Shown piece after piece: positions 19,866 through 30,257 of a DNA stretch of 64,000 nucleotides. Under the pieces are notes generated by a model. It was given only the letters and a program-made list of their open reading frames with translations, was not told the origin of the DNA and made no database searches. The translations under genes were made by a program, and so were the position numbers. Where the stretch lies: the NCBI GenBank assembly GCA_937625935.1, contig OW569360.1:1-64000 (forward strand). The letters are read 5' to 3'. Numbering within the stretch: position 1 is the stretch's first letter; every line of letters begins with the position of its first letter. The stretch is from Tetramitus jugosus (Eukaryota; Protista; Heterolobosea).

Positions 19866-20106
19866 ACACAACCAACTGTAAAGAATCAACTGGGCGCCAT
19901 GTCCTTTCAAGAACTCGCAAGGGCCGACGCGGATGGCCTTTATCAGGAAAAATACTCTTTGTTCGAGTTCCGTACTCAACCCGAGATGACAGGAGATAAC
20001 AAGAAAGCCCACATGACGGACGATGGAAGTGCCATTGAAAGACCATCGCACACCAAACAACCCACAAACCAAACAAGAGCTTCTCCCTTTTCCAATAAAA
20101 ATAAGC

Positions 20107-20586
20107 ATGTATCCTGACCCAGTTGACCCACCTCCCTACACACTAGCAGAGGAGAATATTCCACAACCACAAACACAATACTATTATCCACCACAACAAG
20201 CTCCTCAACCTCAACAACAGCAGACATACTACCCACAACAGCAACAAGCCTATCAACCACCACAATCTCAACAGCCTTATCAACCACAGACTACGCAGAG
20301 TCCTCCACCTGTAGTTCAAGTTGTTCAGACATCTGATGATGACACGGCAATCATCTTTTTGGTTGGTGGATTCTTCTTCCCTATTCTATGGTTGATTGGA
20401 TTCTTCTTGACAAGAGGAAGTCCAGATGGTTCAAAAGCTAAAATGTACGGAAACATTGGATGTGCCATTTGGTCCATCATGCTTGGTTTGTCGCTCGTTT
20501 CTGCTTGTCTGGCTATTGTCGGTGCGATTGTTTGGGCCATTATCAATGCTATCATCATTGCGAACAGAGCAAAGGCATCCAAGTGA
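20107..20586 (+). CDS. Small P/Q/Y-rich two-TM membrane protein with a PPxY motif; probable paralog of the upstream gene
   Basis: MYPDPVDPPPY; FLVGGFFFPILWLIG helix resembles the neighbour. Confidence 0.7.
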   Translation: MYPDPVDPPPYTLAEENIPQPQTQYYYPPQQAPQPQQQQTYYPQQQQAYQPPQSQQPYQPQTTQSPPPVVQVVQTSDDDTAIIFLVGGFFFPILWLIGFFLTRGSPDGSKAKMYGNIGCAIWSIMLGLSLVSACLAIVGAIVWAIINAIIIANRAKASK

Positions 20587-20800
20587 TGACCTCTCTCAAC
20601 AAAAACAGTGCACTCCCCATTTGTACAATAAATTCGGCAAAAAAAATCGCGCCAAAAAATTATCCTCCAATCCACTATCTTCTGGAACGATTTTTGTTCT
20701 TGTTCGAACAAGCACAAAAAAGACTCATCATTTCCAATACAACAAACAAACAACATTTGATAAAGCTTGCCAGAGCCGATAGTAAGCTTACTCACACATC

Positions 20801-23800
20801 ATGGTCGTTCACCGATTAAACATTCGAGGCATAGAAGTCCTGTTTCCATTCAAACCATATCAATGTCAACTCAACTACATGGACAAGGTCATTCAATGTC
20901 TGAATGAAAGCTTAGAGGACAGAGAAACAAACGGTCGTGAACACTGTGTACGTACTCACATCATCATATCACAAAATCAACATTTCTCTCACTTACACAC
21001 AAGACTTGATTTTTTTCAATTTTTTCAACGACTTTTTAGAGAAGAAATGCCTTGTTAGAGTCACCTACTGGTACTGGTAAGACCATGTGTCTCTTGTGTG
21101 CATCATATGCCTGGTTATTGCACTATCAACAAAAGTACGCTGGTGTTTGCTCCTTTCCCAAAATTATTTTTGCTTCGAGAACTCATAGTCAATTGGCTCA
21201 GGCGATACGTGAACTCAAACAATCTCCCTATTCACCAGAGATTTGTATACTAGGCAGTAGAGAACAAATGTGTATTCATTCGCATGTAGGAAAGATGAGT
21301 GGAATGCAACAGAATAGAGAGTGCATGTCACGTGTGACGACACACACTTGTGAATATTATGAGAATTATCAATCGATGAAGAAGAATGATGCTTTCAATA
21401 GTCATTTAATGTTTCAAAAGAATACGAGTGGTAGTGGAGGTGAAAGTGGTGATGAACAGTGTGGTGGTAGTGCGAGTAGTGCCACGAATCATGTGCCTGA
21501 TATCGAAGATTTGATACTGGAGGGAACAAAGAAGCAATTTTGTCCATTTTATTACAGTAGAGAGGTGATGCAAGCAAAGGCTGAAATTGTGTTCATGCCA
21601 TACAATTATCTGATTGATCCACGAGTTCGAAAACAAGTGGGTATTGACATATCGGATTCGATTCTCATATTTGATGAAGCGCACAATTTGGAGAAGTGGT
21701 GCTCTGATGCTGCTGGATTCGACTTTCCGACACTGTGTATCTCGCAATCTGTGGCTGAGCTTCAACGAATACTGCGCTGCATGAGTGAGAATGGATCATT
21801 GCTGACTTTTCCATCTAGTGCAATGAATGGTGGTGATAAAATGAATCCACAGACGATGCAGAATGATTTTGAAAAATTGAAGGATGATCTGCTGGATCTC
21901 GATCTATTTATTGATGACATCAAGTTAAATAATATTACAAAAAGTGGAGAATATTTGTTTGATGTGCTATCTGAGATTAATTTGAAGCCTTCGACTTATG
22001 TTGAATTTAGGTCAAAGATGCGAGCTGCAATCGACTATTTGGAGAATAATGAACAAGGAAAAAAATTGTACCTTCGTCCAACTGGATTGCGAAATTTAAG
22101 TGATGTACTAGCAAAGATATTCGATTGTGGTTTAACCGAGGAAGAATTCAAGCTCTATTTCAAAATTCATATTGAAGTCAAATTTGACTCTCGAAAGTCA
22201 ATGGCGCAAGACAGTCTCGACGCCTTGAATTCAGAACTAGAAGCCAGACAAAGACCTCCAAAAAATTTGAGGCAATGCAAGACATTGAGTTTGTGGTGTT
22301 TCAATCCAGCACTATCAATGCAATCCATTAAGACCCACAAGCCACAATGTTTTATATTAACGTCTGGTACTTTATCCCCGATGGACTCCTTTGCGCAAGA
22401 ACTGGGACTTCCATTTCCTATTCGACTCGAAAATCCTCATGTCATTAAGCAAGATCAGATCACTATAATGACAGCGAGTGTAGGGCCAACAAACATTCGT
22501 TTGAATGGTTCATTCACACAACAAAATAATGAATACTGCTTGGAGATTGGTCGGATGCTTGTAAATATGGCTAGGATTGTGCCAGATGGATTGCTTGTAT
22601 TTTTCCCCTCTTCTTCTATGCTCCATAGATGTACAGAGTTATGGAGAAAGCCCATAGAAGATGCTCCCTGTCTATATGACTCAATATCCAAGTATAAGAA
22701 GATCTTTATTGAACCTTCAGATGGATCACAACTCCAAACAATTATGACGGGCTACACTAGCACTATCCACGAATCTGAAGGCACAGCAGGTGCAATGTTT
22801 CTAGCTGTCTGTCGAGGGCGAGTTAGTGAGGGTTTGGACTTCTCTGCTCGTAATGGTCGCTGTGTCGTGATTGTTGGTATGCCCTTTCCTCCATTGAAAG
22901 ATCCAAAGGTTGTTCTGAAACGACAATATCTTGATTTGGCTGCTGAACAACGAAAGCAGGAACAAGCAGAAAAGGGACTAAATGTCGCAAGCAAAGTATA
23001 TAATGGTAATGAGTGGTACCAACAAGAGAGCTCTCGAGCTGTCAACCAGGCAGTAGGTAGAGTCATTCGTAACAAATTCGATTATGGTGTAGTAATACTG
23101 TGTGATGAGAGGTACTCTGCTCGTCAAAGTAGAGAACAATTGAGTAGATGGCTCCAGAAGCATGTCATGGTAACTAGAAATTTCGGAGAAGTAGTACAAA
23201 ACACCTCTCAATTCTTCAAGAAATCAATCAACGAGTTTGGCATAAGTTCAGAAAAGTTGAAGGCAAAGTTCATTGAACAGATGAAACGTGAACAGGAGGA
23301 GCAAGAAAAGATTAACGCACTACTACCGCCACCTACTACATCTCGTATTAATTCTACAAGCTTGACATCAAAGATCAATGTAAATTCTAGTTATCAATCT
23401 CAAGAGGAGGAGCTTGTGGGAGTTGTAATACATGAGAGAGAGCCTAGAGTGTCGGCCTCTATCTCGTCCAGTGTACCTGTCCAACAGTATCACTACAACT
23501 CGAGTGGAGGTAAACAGTTGTCACGATCAAGTCCGCTATTAGTATCACACCAAGTGGGTAATTCAACCCCAGAAGAGCATGCAACTCCTGTTTTGTTGAA
23601 TAGTGCTCCCGTGAGTACCTTGGATCGTAGCAACGAAGTACAGCTCAACAAACAGACGAATAGCCCTCCGCCGTTTAGTATGGTCAGACCATCTGCGACA
23701 AGTTCATCTCCTGCGTCATCACATGCACCAAAACATACCCCATCCACCAGTGCAAAGCCATCTACCAAGAAAAAGTCGTCCGCGAGTGTATTCCTGGAAC

Positions 23801-24525
23801 AGGTCAAGAACAAGCTTACAGGTCAAGAATACAATGACTTTAAGCAAACACTCCGTAATTTACAGGTCATGCTCACCTCAAAGACCTCGAATCCTTCTAA
23901 TTTTGCAAACATTGTCAACAAGATTATCCACTTGTTTAGTGGGGACAAAAAGGATTTGTTAGGAGGTTTCAGGGAGTTCATCCCTGCGAATGCTCGTTCG
24001 ACATATGATGACCTTATCAAATCTACGAATCAAGTACGAGAAGCATCTCGCACTGCTTCAACAACTCCAATCAAAGATGCTCCGGTGAGTCAAAAGCGAA
24101 TCAGAGAGGAATACGATTTATTATCTGGGAAACGCATCAAGAAATCTCATCCTATCATAGAAAAAGGAAAGCAGCCCATGACTAACAATCGCGAACCTAT
24201 CACTATTGATGATGACGATGAGGTTGTTAATCTGACACTGGAATCGCGGACGACATTGCCACCAGTCACTTCTCCAGCATCTTCGAGCTCAAATCAGATA
24301 ATCAATCCAACTACGAGTCATGCACAAGAACACACAAGTCACGAACCAGAATCAGGCATTAAGTGCCGGGTCTGTCTCGAGATTAAGAATAATTTAGCCA
24401 ACAGCAGCAAGTGTGGTCACGTACTATGCATGGATTGCTGGGATCAATGTCTCCAAGTTAAACTCGAATGTCCAATATGCAGAGCACGAGTCAGAACGAA
24501 ACACTTGACTAAAATATTCATCTGA
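20801..24525 (+). CDS. RTEL1: RTEL1-like Fe-S DEAH helicase with a harmonin-homology domain and C-terminal C3HC4 RING; intron 20948-21039
   Basis: FPFKPY, ESPTGTGKT, SRTHSQL, DEAH, TSGTLSP, GRVSEGLDF, NQAVGRVIR; FLEQVKNKL..FREFIP domain; CRVC..CGH..C..C..CPIC. Confidence 0.85.
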
Positions 24526-24561
24526 ATAAAGCAGCCATAGATGATTCCGAGCTTCTGACAC

Positions 24562-26244
24562 TTATTCGCGCACATATCCACACTGAAGACACTTTTCGGG
24601 ACCACCTTCCACAGGTATCAATAAGCTCTTTCTGCAATTTGGACACATGTGATCTTGTAAGAACTCTCGATTACAATTCCTTACATCAGCACCTTCAGCA
24701 CACTCACAAGTAAATAAAAATGAACTTTGCAACGCCTTTTTTCTTCTCTCGTTTGTACTATCGAGGTTCACATAGGAAATTGTTAATTGCTCGTCTGGTT
24801 CAATGTCGCGCACAGCATACACATAAATCTTCATGTCCTTCTCAATGTTTTCACAATTCGGAGAACAACTGTGATTAAAGTATGACATGGTTGGAAATAC
24901 ACCATAACCGACTGGATCTTCAGGGTGTGTAAAGATGTAATCCTCTGATCTTTCCCACCGATCTCCCTTCAATCCCACGGAATTGGCTCTATCTTTGCAC
25001 AACATTTCAATAATCTCAGGATTGTCTAATCCCTTTTCAAACAATTGATGATACTCGGCCTTATCAACCTTTTTCATTTTCTTGCTCTTTCTCGATCTCT
25101 GCTTCAAAACATGATTCAACAAAACAAATGCCATCTCTCTCAACACCAATCTGTCCTGTGAATTCGTATGGAGAATTCTGTTTGATACCAATCTCTCATA
25201 ATCTTCATATATCAAATCATTCACTGCTTCTTCTTGTTGTTCAGTCATTGATGTTTCACCATTCTCCTGATCCTTATCACTTATCATTTCACCATGATGA
25301 TGTGAATGATGATGAGAACAACATGTGTCCTTTTTCTTCTCCTTCTTCTTATCACCACTCTCACTCAAACGTTCCTCTTTTGCTCCACTAGTAGAGTCCA
25401 ATGAGACATGTTCACTCAGTGTCTCGATTGACGTCAACGATCTTTGCTTTTTCATCAGTTCCAATGCTCTCCTTCCCAACACCTTGATCATCATATGAGT
25501 CGACGTAAACTTGTCTTCCTTGACATAGTGATTATCAACTGTTGACAAGTATTGCAACAAATTTTTCAAATGATCACACTCCATTGATTTCTTATGAAAC
25601 GGTTCATGATACTCTTGTCTGCACTGTGGTGAACAATACACGACATAACCGCAGTCTTCACACTCTGAATTCGACCCTTCCAACTCGTCTCTCACTTTTT
25701 GATCAATCGAATTGAAAATGGGTGAAAAACAATTATGACAATACAGGTGAGCATTCTCAAAATCCAACACATTTGCATACGACTGAGAAACCACTATTAA
25801 TTCACCTCGTTTGATGAACGTGTTGGCAAAAACACCTCGACCCATTTTTTCATTGACAAAACGAACTTCTACCCTACTACTACTACTACTACTACTCTTT
25901 ACATTCTCTCCTGTTTCTGATGCTTTTGCTTCAGCAGTTGTTGTTGTTGTTATTTCTTCATTTTGTTGTTGTTGAGTAGTGGTGGATGGTTGTTGGACAA
26001 AGTATCGATGAGCATGTTCCTTGTTGTAATAGGACAATTCGTGACTTTGATAATACTCTTGTTGATTGTTTAGCTCTCTATAGCGATCATCATCTGTTCG
26101 TATGTAGTTGTATATGCTTTCATAGCGATGATGGTGTATTGTGTTGTGATAGTGATGATGAGAGATGGAAATTGGTTGTTGATGAATGCGAGTCCTTGTT
26201 GTGGACACGCAAAAGCGATGAAATGGGCGAAGCTTTGATTGCAT
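24562..26244 (-). CDS. SMYD-type SET/MYND lysine methyltransferase
   Basis: GRGVFA, CHNC..CEDC..YCSPQC..H..C, FNHSCSPN, LTISY, FTCEC. Confidence 0.88.
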   Translation of the reverse strand: MQSKLRPFHRFCVSTTRTRIHQQPISISHHHYHNTIHHHRYESIYNYIRTDDDRYRELNNQQEYYQSHELSYYNKEHAHRYFVQQPSTTTQQQQNEEITTTTTAEAKASETGENVKSSSSSSSRVEVRFVNEKMGRGVFANTFIKRGELIVVSQSYANVLDFENAHLYCHNCFSPIFNSIDQKVRDELEGSNSECEDCGYVVYCSPQCRQEYHEPFHKKSMECDHLKNLLQYLSTVDNHYVKEDKFTSTHMMIKVLGRRALELMKKQRSLTSIETLSEHVSLDSTSGAKEERLSESGDKKKEKKKDTCCSHHHSHHHGEMISDKDQENGETSMTEQQEEAVNDLIYEDYERLVSNRILHTNSQDRLVLREMAFVLLNHVLKQRSRKSKKMKKVDKAEYHQLFEKGLDNPEIIEMLCKDRANSVGLKGDRWERSEDYIFTHPEDPVGYGVFPTMSYFNHSCSPNCENIEKDMKIYVYAVRDIEPDEQLTISYVNLDSTNERRKKALQSSFLFTCECAEGADVRNCNREFLQDHMCPNCRKSLLIPVEGGPEKCLQCGYVRE

Positions 26245-26540
26245 TTTTTGCTTTCAATTTCTTGGCGGGAAATAGTTTTCGCGGTGAAGGGGAAAAGTGT
26301 GGATAATCCAAGAGTGGTTCGTTATACCGTCAGAATGAATGCAAGTTTAGGACTGTAATGTTCAGAATTTGTTATGTTAAAGGACATATCTGATGGTTGG
26401 TATATCCTAAACTTCGTGAACGAACTACTGCTTGGCCCAACATTATCCCTAGCCAAGATCCAAAAAAACACCAAGAAATAAAAAATCACACACCTACAAC
26501 CGCACATTGCAACAACAAAAAAAAGAACGTAATCATCATC

Positions 26541-27281
26541 ATGTCCAGCACCACTGAACCAACATCCTCATTCGCACACAATGACAATCCATTCGTCCAA
26601 AACGATGGAAACGTTCCTTCCTCTGTCACTGATCTCACCACTAGCATTCAAAGAAGAAGTTCTACTGGTCACGAAAATCTTCCTATTCACATTGTCAGTG
26701 AGCTCTCAGAGTCCACCTCTATAACACAATCAGAAATGGTTGAGAGCTTGCACCACGATGATCAATTGCATCACATTGAGCAATCATCTGCAGCAGAAGA
26801 AGAACAAGTTGAAGCAGAAACATCAACAAACAACAAGGAAGAAGAAACAACAACTTCACAACAGGAAGAAGAAACAAGCACAACTGCAGTTGGTGCTGAA
26901 GAAACAAATTCCTCCGCGAGCGGAGAAATTGAAACAGCTGAAAAAGAAGAGAGTATCTCCGCTCCTGTTGCCGCCACCGTAGATAACGAGCAATTGTTGA
27001 AGACTGTGTTGACAAAGCACGCTGGAAAGAACAGTGAAGTGGCAAAGCAAATTGAAGCTTTGGCAAAGACACATGATACCAAGTTGCAAAAAGTAGCTGA
27101 AGAAGCAAAGCAAAAGCTATTGGAGAAGAGAAAAGCAGCTGAAGAGAAATTGGAAACTGAGAAGAAGACATCTGCTTCATGGAACAAGCTTTTCGGTTAT
27201 GGAATCGTTGTGAGTGCACTTGGTATCGTAGGTGTCATGGTTGCAAGAAAGTTCAAGTGGTTCTCCACAAGCAGTTTCTAG
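26541..27281 (+). CDS. Acidic coiled-coil tail-anchored protein
   Basis: E/T/S-rich body, terminal TM helix followed by RKFKW. Confidence 0.75.
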   Translation: MSSTTEPTSSFAHNDNPFVQNDGNVPSSVTDLTTSIQRRSSTGHENLPIHIVSELSESTSITQSEMVESLHHDDQLHHIEQSSAAEEEQVEAETSTNNKEEETTTSQQEEETSTTAVGAEETNSSASGEIETAEKEESISAPVAATVDNEQLLKTVLTKHAGKNSEVAKQIEALAKTHDTKLQKVAEEAKQKLLEKRKAAEEKLETEKKTSASWNKLFGYGIVVSALGIVGVMVARKFKWFSTSSF

Positions 27282-27465
27282 AGAGTGAGACTTTTGAGGG
27301 TTAACGCACAGTAATACAACCAATTAGAAACAATAATAAAAATTAAGTTATCTGAGTGCAGTTCGATGTGGAACTTTGGGCGGCAGAATATCAGATGTCA
27401 ACCAACCGTCAGAGAAAAAAGCTGAAGCTCAAAACAAACACGAAAAACAACGTTGATAGAGATAG

Positions 27466-29016
27466 ATGGGCAAAATGCCAGCCTTTGGTTCCCTGTTCAG
27501 TCAGCTGTCTTTTCTATCTCCACTCGATTCATTCTTCTCCCTGTTTGTCAGTGATGAATCCATGACCGAGTTCAACGACCACCATCGTCAACTTTACAAT
27601 GAACATAGCCATAACCATAATCATGCCTCTGACATGTCACCTGAGAAATCATTGAAAAAACTGGGTGAATACCTGACACCCAACCTGACTATTGCTCTCC
27701 TAGGTCCTGGAGAGGTAGGAAAATCGACCTTGTTCAAACAGTATCGATTCTGTTTCCCAGCAGGTGACAGAGCTACGCCAAAGCATCACTATGAACGGAG
27801 TTTGGCAATGGAACGTCTATTGAGGCAAAAAACAGACAATCGTGGTGCTTCCATGAGTGAAAATGAAGCTGAATCGTGGTGGCGTCAACAAACGACATTG
27901 TCCTTGTCGAATTTGAATCACACTGGCCCTTCGGTATCAAAATCGGAGCGATCTCAGTACACGTCGACCATTTATAACAATATATTGGTCAATTTGAGGT
28001 TCTTGGTGAATGAAATGAAGGCTACGGTTGCTACTAATCCACTGACATCTCAATTCTATCACGAGGAGAATGAGGGACACATGAACGAGATTTGTGACTT
28101 GTTAGACAACAATTATTCACTCATTATTGACAATGCGGATCATTACACTCACCATTACTATGAAATGGTGCATAGTATTGTGAATGATCCTCATTTTGCA
28201 CAATTTATAACGGAAAATGATTATGCTCATGAGGGTGTTCCAGATGGGTTTTGGTACTTTGTTCGTAGAGTGCATTCATTGAAAGAGCCACCTTATTTTG
28301 TGCCAGATTGGGACAGTATTATGCATTCGAGGCGGAAAACAACTGGTATCGTCAACATTGATCGCAATTACTTGGACAGAATTAATGTAACGATGGCATT
28401 GACCGGTGGCCAGAGATCAGAGCGCAAAAAATGGGTCAATTTGTATGATTCTTATCGTTATATTGTATATGTAGCTTCTTTGGTTGACTTCAATAGAGTG
28501 CTATATGAGGATGATGTAACGAATCGTATGGTTGATTCCCTGTCGCTGTTCTCAGAGCTAGTGCAAAGTGACCTATTATCTGATAAACCGATTCTACTTG
28601 TACAGAACAAGCGAGACATATTGTGCGAGAGATTTGAGAATTTGGAGCAAAGAAAAACTATAATTCAATGCATATCTCAGTTATTTCCAACTGAAACACT
28701 TGATGATGACGCATCAGTTGAAGATGTGATCCATTTAATAACTAAGCAGTACACAGATATCTACGAGAGATTCAGAGCTGGCAAGTTGATTATGCTAGAG
28801 ACCAGTGCTGTCAATACAAATGAATCAAAACAAACACTCGAACGCATTATTGAACACTTTGAGGAGATTGAGATTGAAAGAACGAAGCAAAAGTATGGCG
28901 ATGCTACTTGTGAGGAGCTGCTGGAGAGAGCAAGAGCAGAGTATCCTAAGCTTACGTTGGACAACTTGTTTCACTGCTATCAAAGCGATAATAGATTACA
29001 TTATATGACTTCATGA
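27466..29016 (+). CDS. Divergent heterotrimeric G-protein alpha subunit
   Basis: GPGEVGKST, RRKTTGI, LTGGQRSERKKW, NRMVDSLSLF, NKRD, TSAVN. Confidence 0.88.
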   Translation: MGKMPAFGSLFSQLSFLSPLDSFFSLFVSDESMTEFNDHHRQLYNEHSHNHNHASDMSPEKSLKKLGEYLTPNLTIALLGPGEVGKSTLFKQYRFCFPAGDRATPKHHYERSLAMERLLRQKTDNRGASMSENEAESWWRQQTTLSLSNLNHTGPSVSKSERSQYTSTIYNNILVNLRFLVNEMKATVATNPLTSQFYHEENEGHMNEICDLLDNNYSLIIDNADHYTHHYYEMVHSIVNDPHFAQFITENDYAHEGVPDGFWYFVRRVHSLKEPPYFVPDWDSIMHSRRKTTGIVNIDRNYLDRINVTMALTGGQRSERKKWVNLYDSYRYIVYVASLVDFNRVLYEDDVTNRMVDSLSLFSELVQSDLLSDKPILLVQNKRDILCERFENLEQRKTIIQCISQLFPTETLDDDASVEDVIHLITKQYTDIYERFRAGKLIMLETSAVNTNESKQTLERIIEHFEEIEIERTKQKYGDATCEELLERARAEYPKLTLDNLFHCYQSDNRLHYMTS

Positions 29017-29029
29017 TCACAAAGCGACT

Positions 29030-30097
29030 TTATTGAATGTCCAGAGCTCTTTTAATGCTCTCAGGCAATTGATACGTCGAGTTGGTATAGTCGAATAAAT
29101 AATCCGAGGTAATGGCTATGCCACCCAACTGTTCCAGAGCTCGCTTTTGAGTTGGCGAGTTCACTGTCCATACATTGACGACGTATCCTCGTTTTTGCAA
29201 GGACTGTACAAACGACAAGTTATTAGCGAGTTCATTATGAATTCCAATGACTCCTGCACCAATGAAATGTGGAACCCATGATATCATGGAACGATAGAGC
29301 AAGTAATCAATGGTTTGAATTTTGCTATTGCTGATCCATGATTGGATTCGCTGTTTCATAGTTGGTTTCTCTTCCTCTTTGGCTCCACTCGCTTTCGTGT
29401 ATTGATTCAGTGAGGCAAACATTCCTTTGCGCACCAACAAGTTTGTCACAATGTCAGGATTCATCTGTCGAACCATGTACAGAACAATAGGATTAAAGCT
29501 TGCAACAACAGATTGTTTGAACAAGAATGGATATTGCTCATAGACTTGAACCACTTTTCTTGCAATTTCTTTGCTTCTCTTTCCATACTCCTTCACCTCT
29601 ATCATTACAATTTTCTTTTTCATTTCTCCTACACTATTCTCCTGGAACATGACATCAAGGAATTGGCTCAACGTCGGAATAAAGTGCTCTTCAGTTCCCT
29701 TTCTGTACCTAAACGACTCCTGTATCTGTTTTCTTGTCATCTCCGCAATTCTGCTGCTCTTCAGACACAGTCTCTCACCACTGCCATCGGATTTCAGACG
29801 ATGATCGCACACACGTTCCATCGTGTGAGTATCATGGAATACCATGAGTTCTCCGTCCAATGACAGTATGACATCCAACTCCACACCATTGACCCCGTGA
29901 GTCAATGCATACCGTAAGCTATCCAACGAATTCTCCGCAATGTCCAAATCTTGGTGCATGCAGCCACGGTGAGCCAACAGTATGTTGGAGAAGAAGGAAG
30001 CATCGGGAGAAGTCCGCTTCACCTTGAAGAAAGAGTACAGAGCCATCAGGAGCAACAATGGAACCAAAGAAGAGAACAGGAACAACAGGACAAGCAT
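29030..30097 (-). CDS. Glycerophosphodiester phosphodiesterase, membrane-anchored (GDE1-like)
   Basis: AHRG, AENS, VELDV, VFHD, IEVK, ASFNP, VWTVN, ITSD; N-terminal hydrophobic helix. Confidence 0.9.
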   Translation of the reverse strand: MLVLLFLFSSLVPLLLLMALYSFFKVKRTSPDASFFSNILLAHRGCMHQDLDIAENSLDSLRYALTHGVNGVELDVILSLDGELMVFHDTHTMERVCDHRLKSDGSGERLCLKSSRIAEMTRKQIQESFRYRKGTEEHFIPTLSQFLDVMFQENSVGEMKKKIVMIEVKEYGKRSKEIARKVVQVYEQYPFLFKQSVVASFNPIVLYMVRQMNPDIVTNLLVRKGMFASLNQYTKASGAKEEEKPTMKQRIQSWISNSKIQTIDYLLYRSMISWVPHFIGAGVIGIHNELANNLSFVQSLQKRGYVVNVWTVNSPTQKRALEQLGGIAITSDYLFDYTNSTYQLPESIKRALDIQ

Positions 30098-30257
30098 GAC
30101 TCACACTTGAGAGCTTTTTTGATGTTTTTTTGTTTGTTTTGTTGTTGTTGGCTTGGGGTGGAAGGAAAATTTGACTTGTATTCCTTGGCGTATATTGGGG
30201 GATTCTCGCCATTGAATCTTGAGTATAAATATTTTGTTGTTATATTTTGTTATGGAT

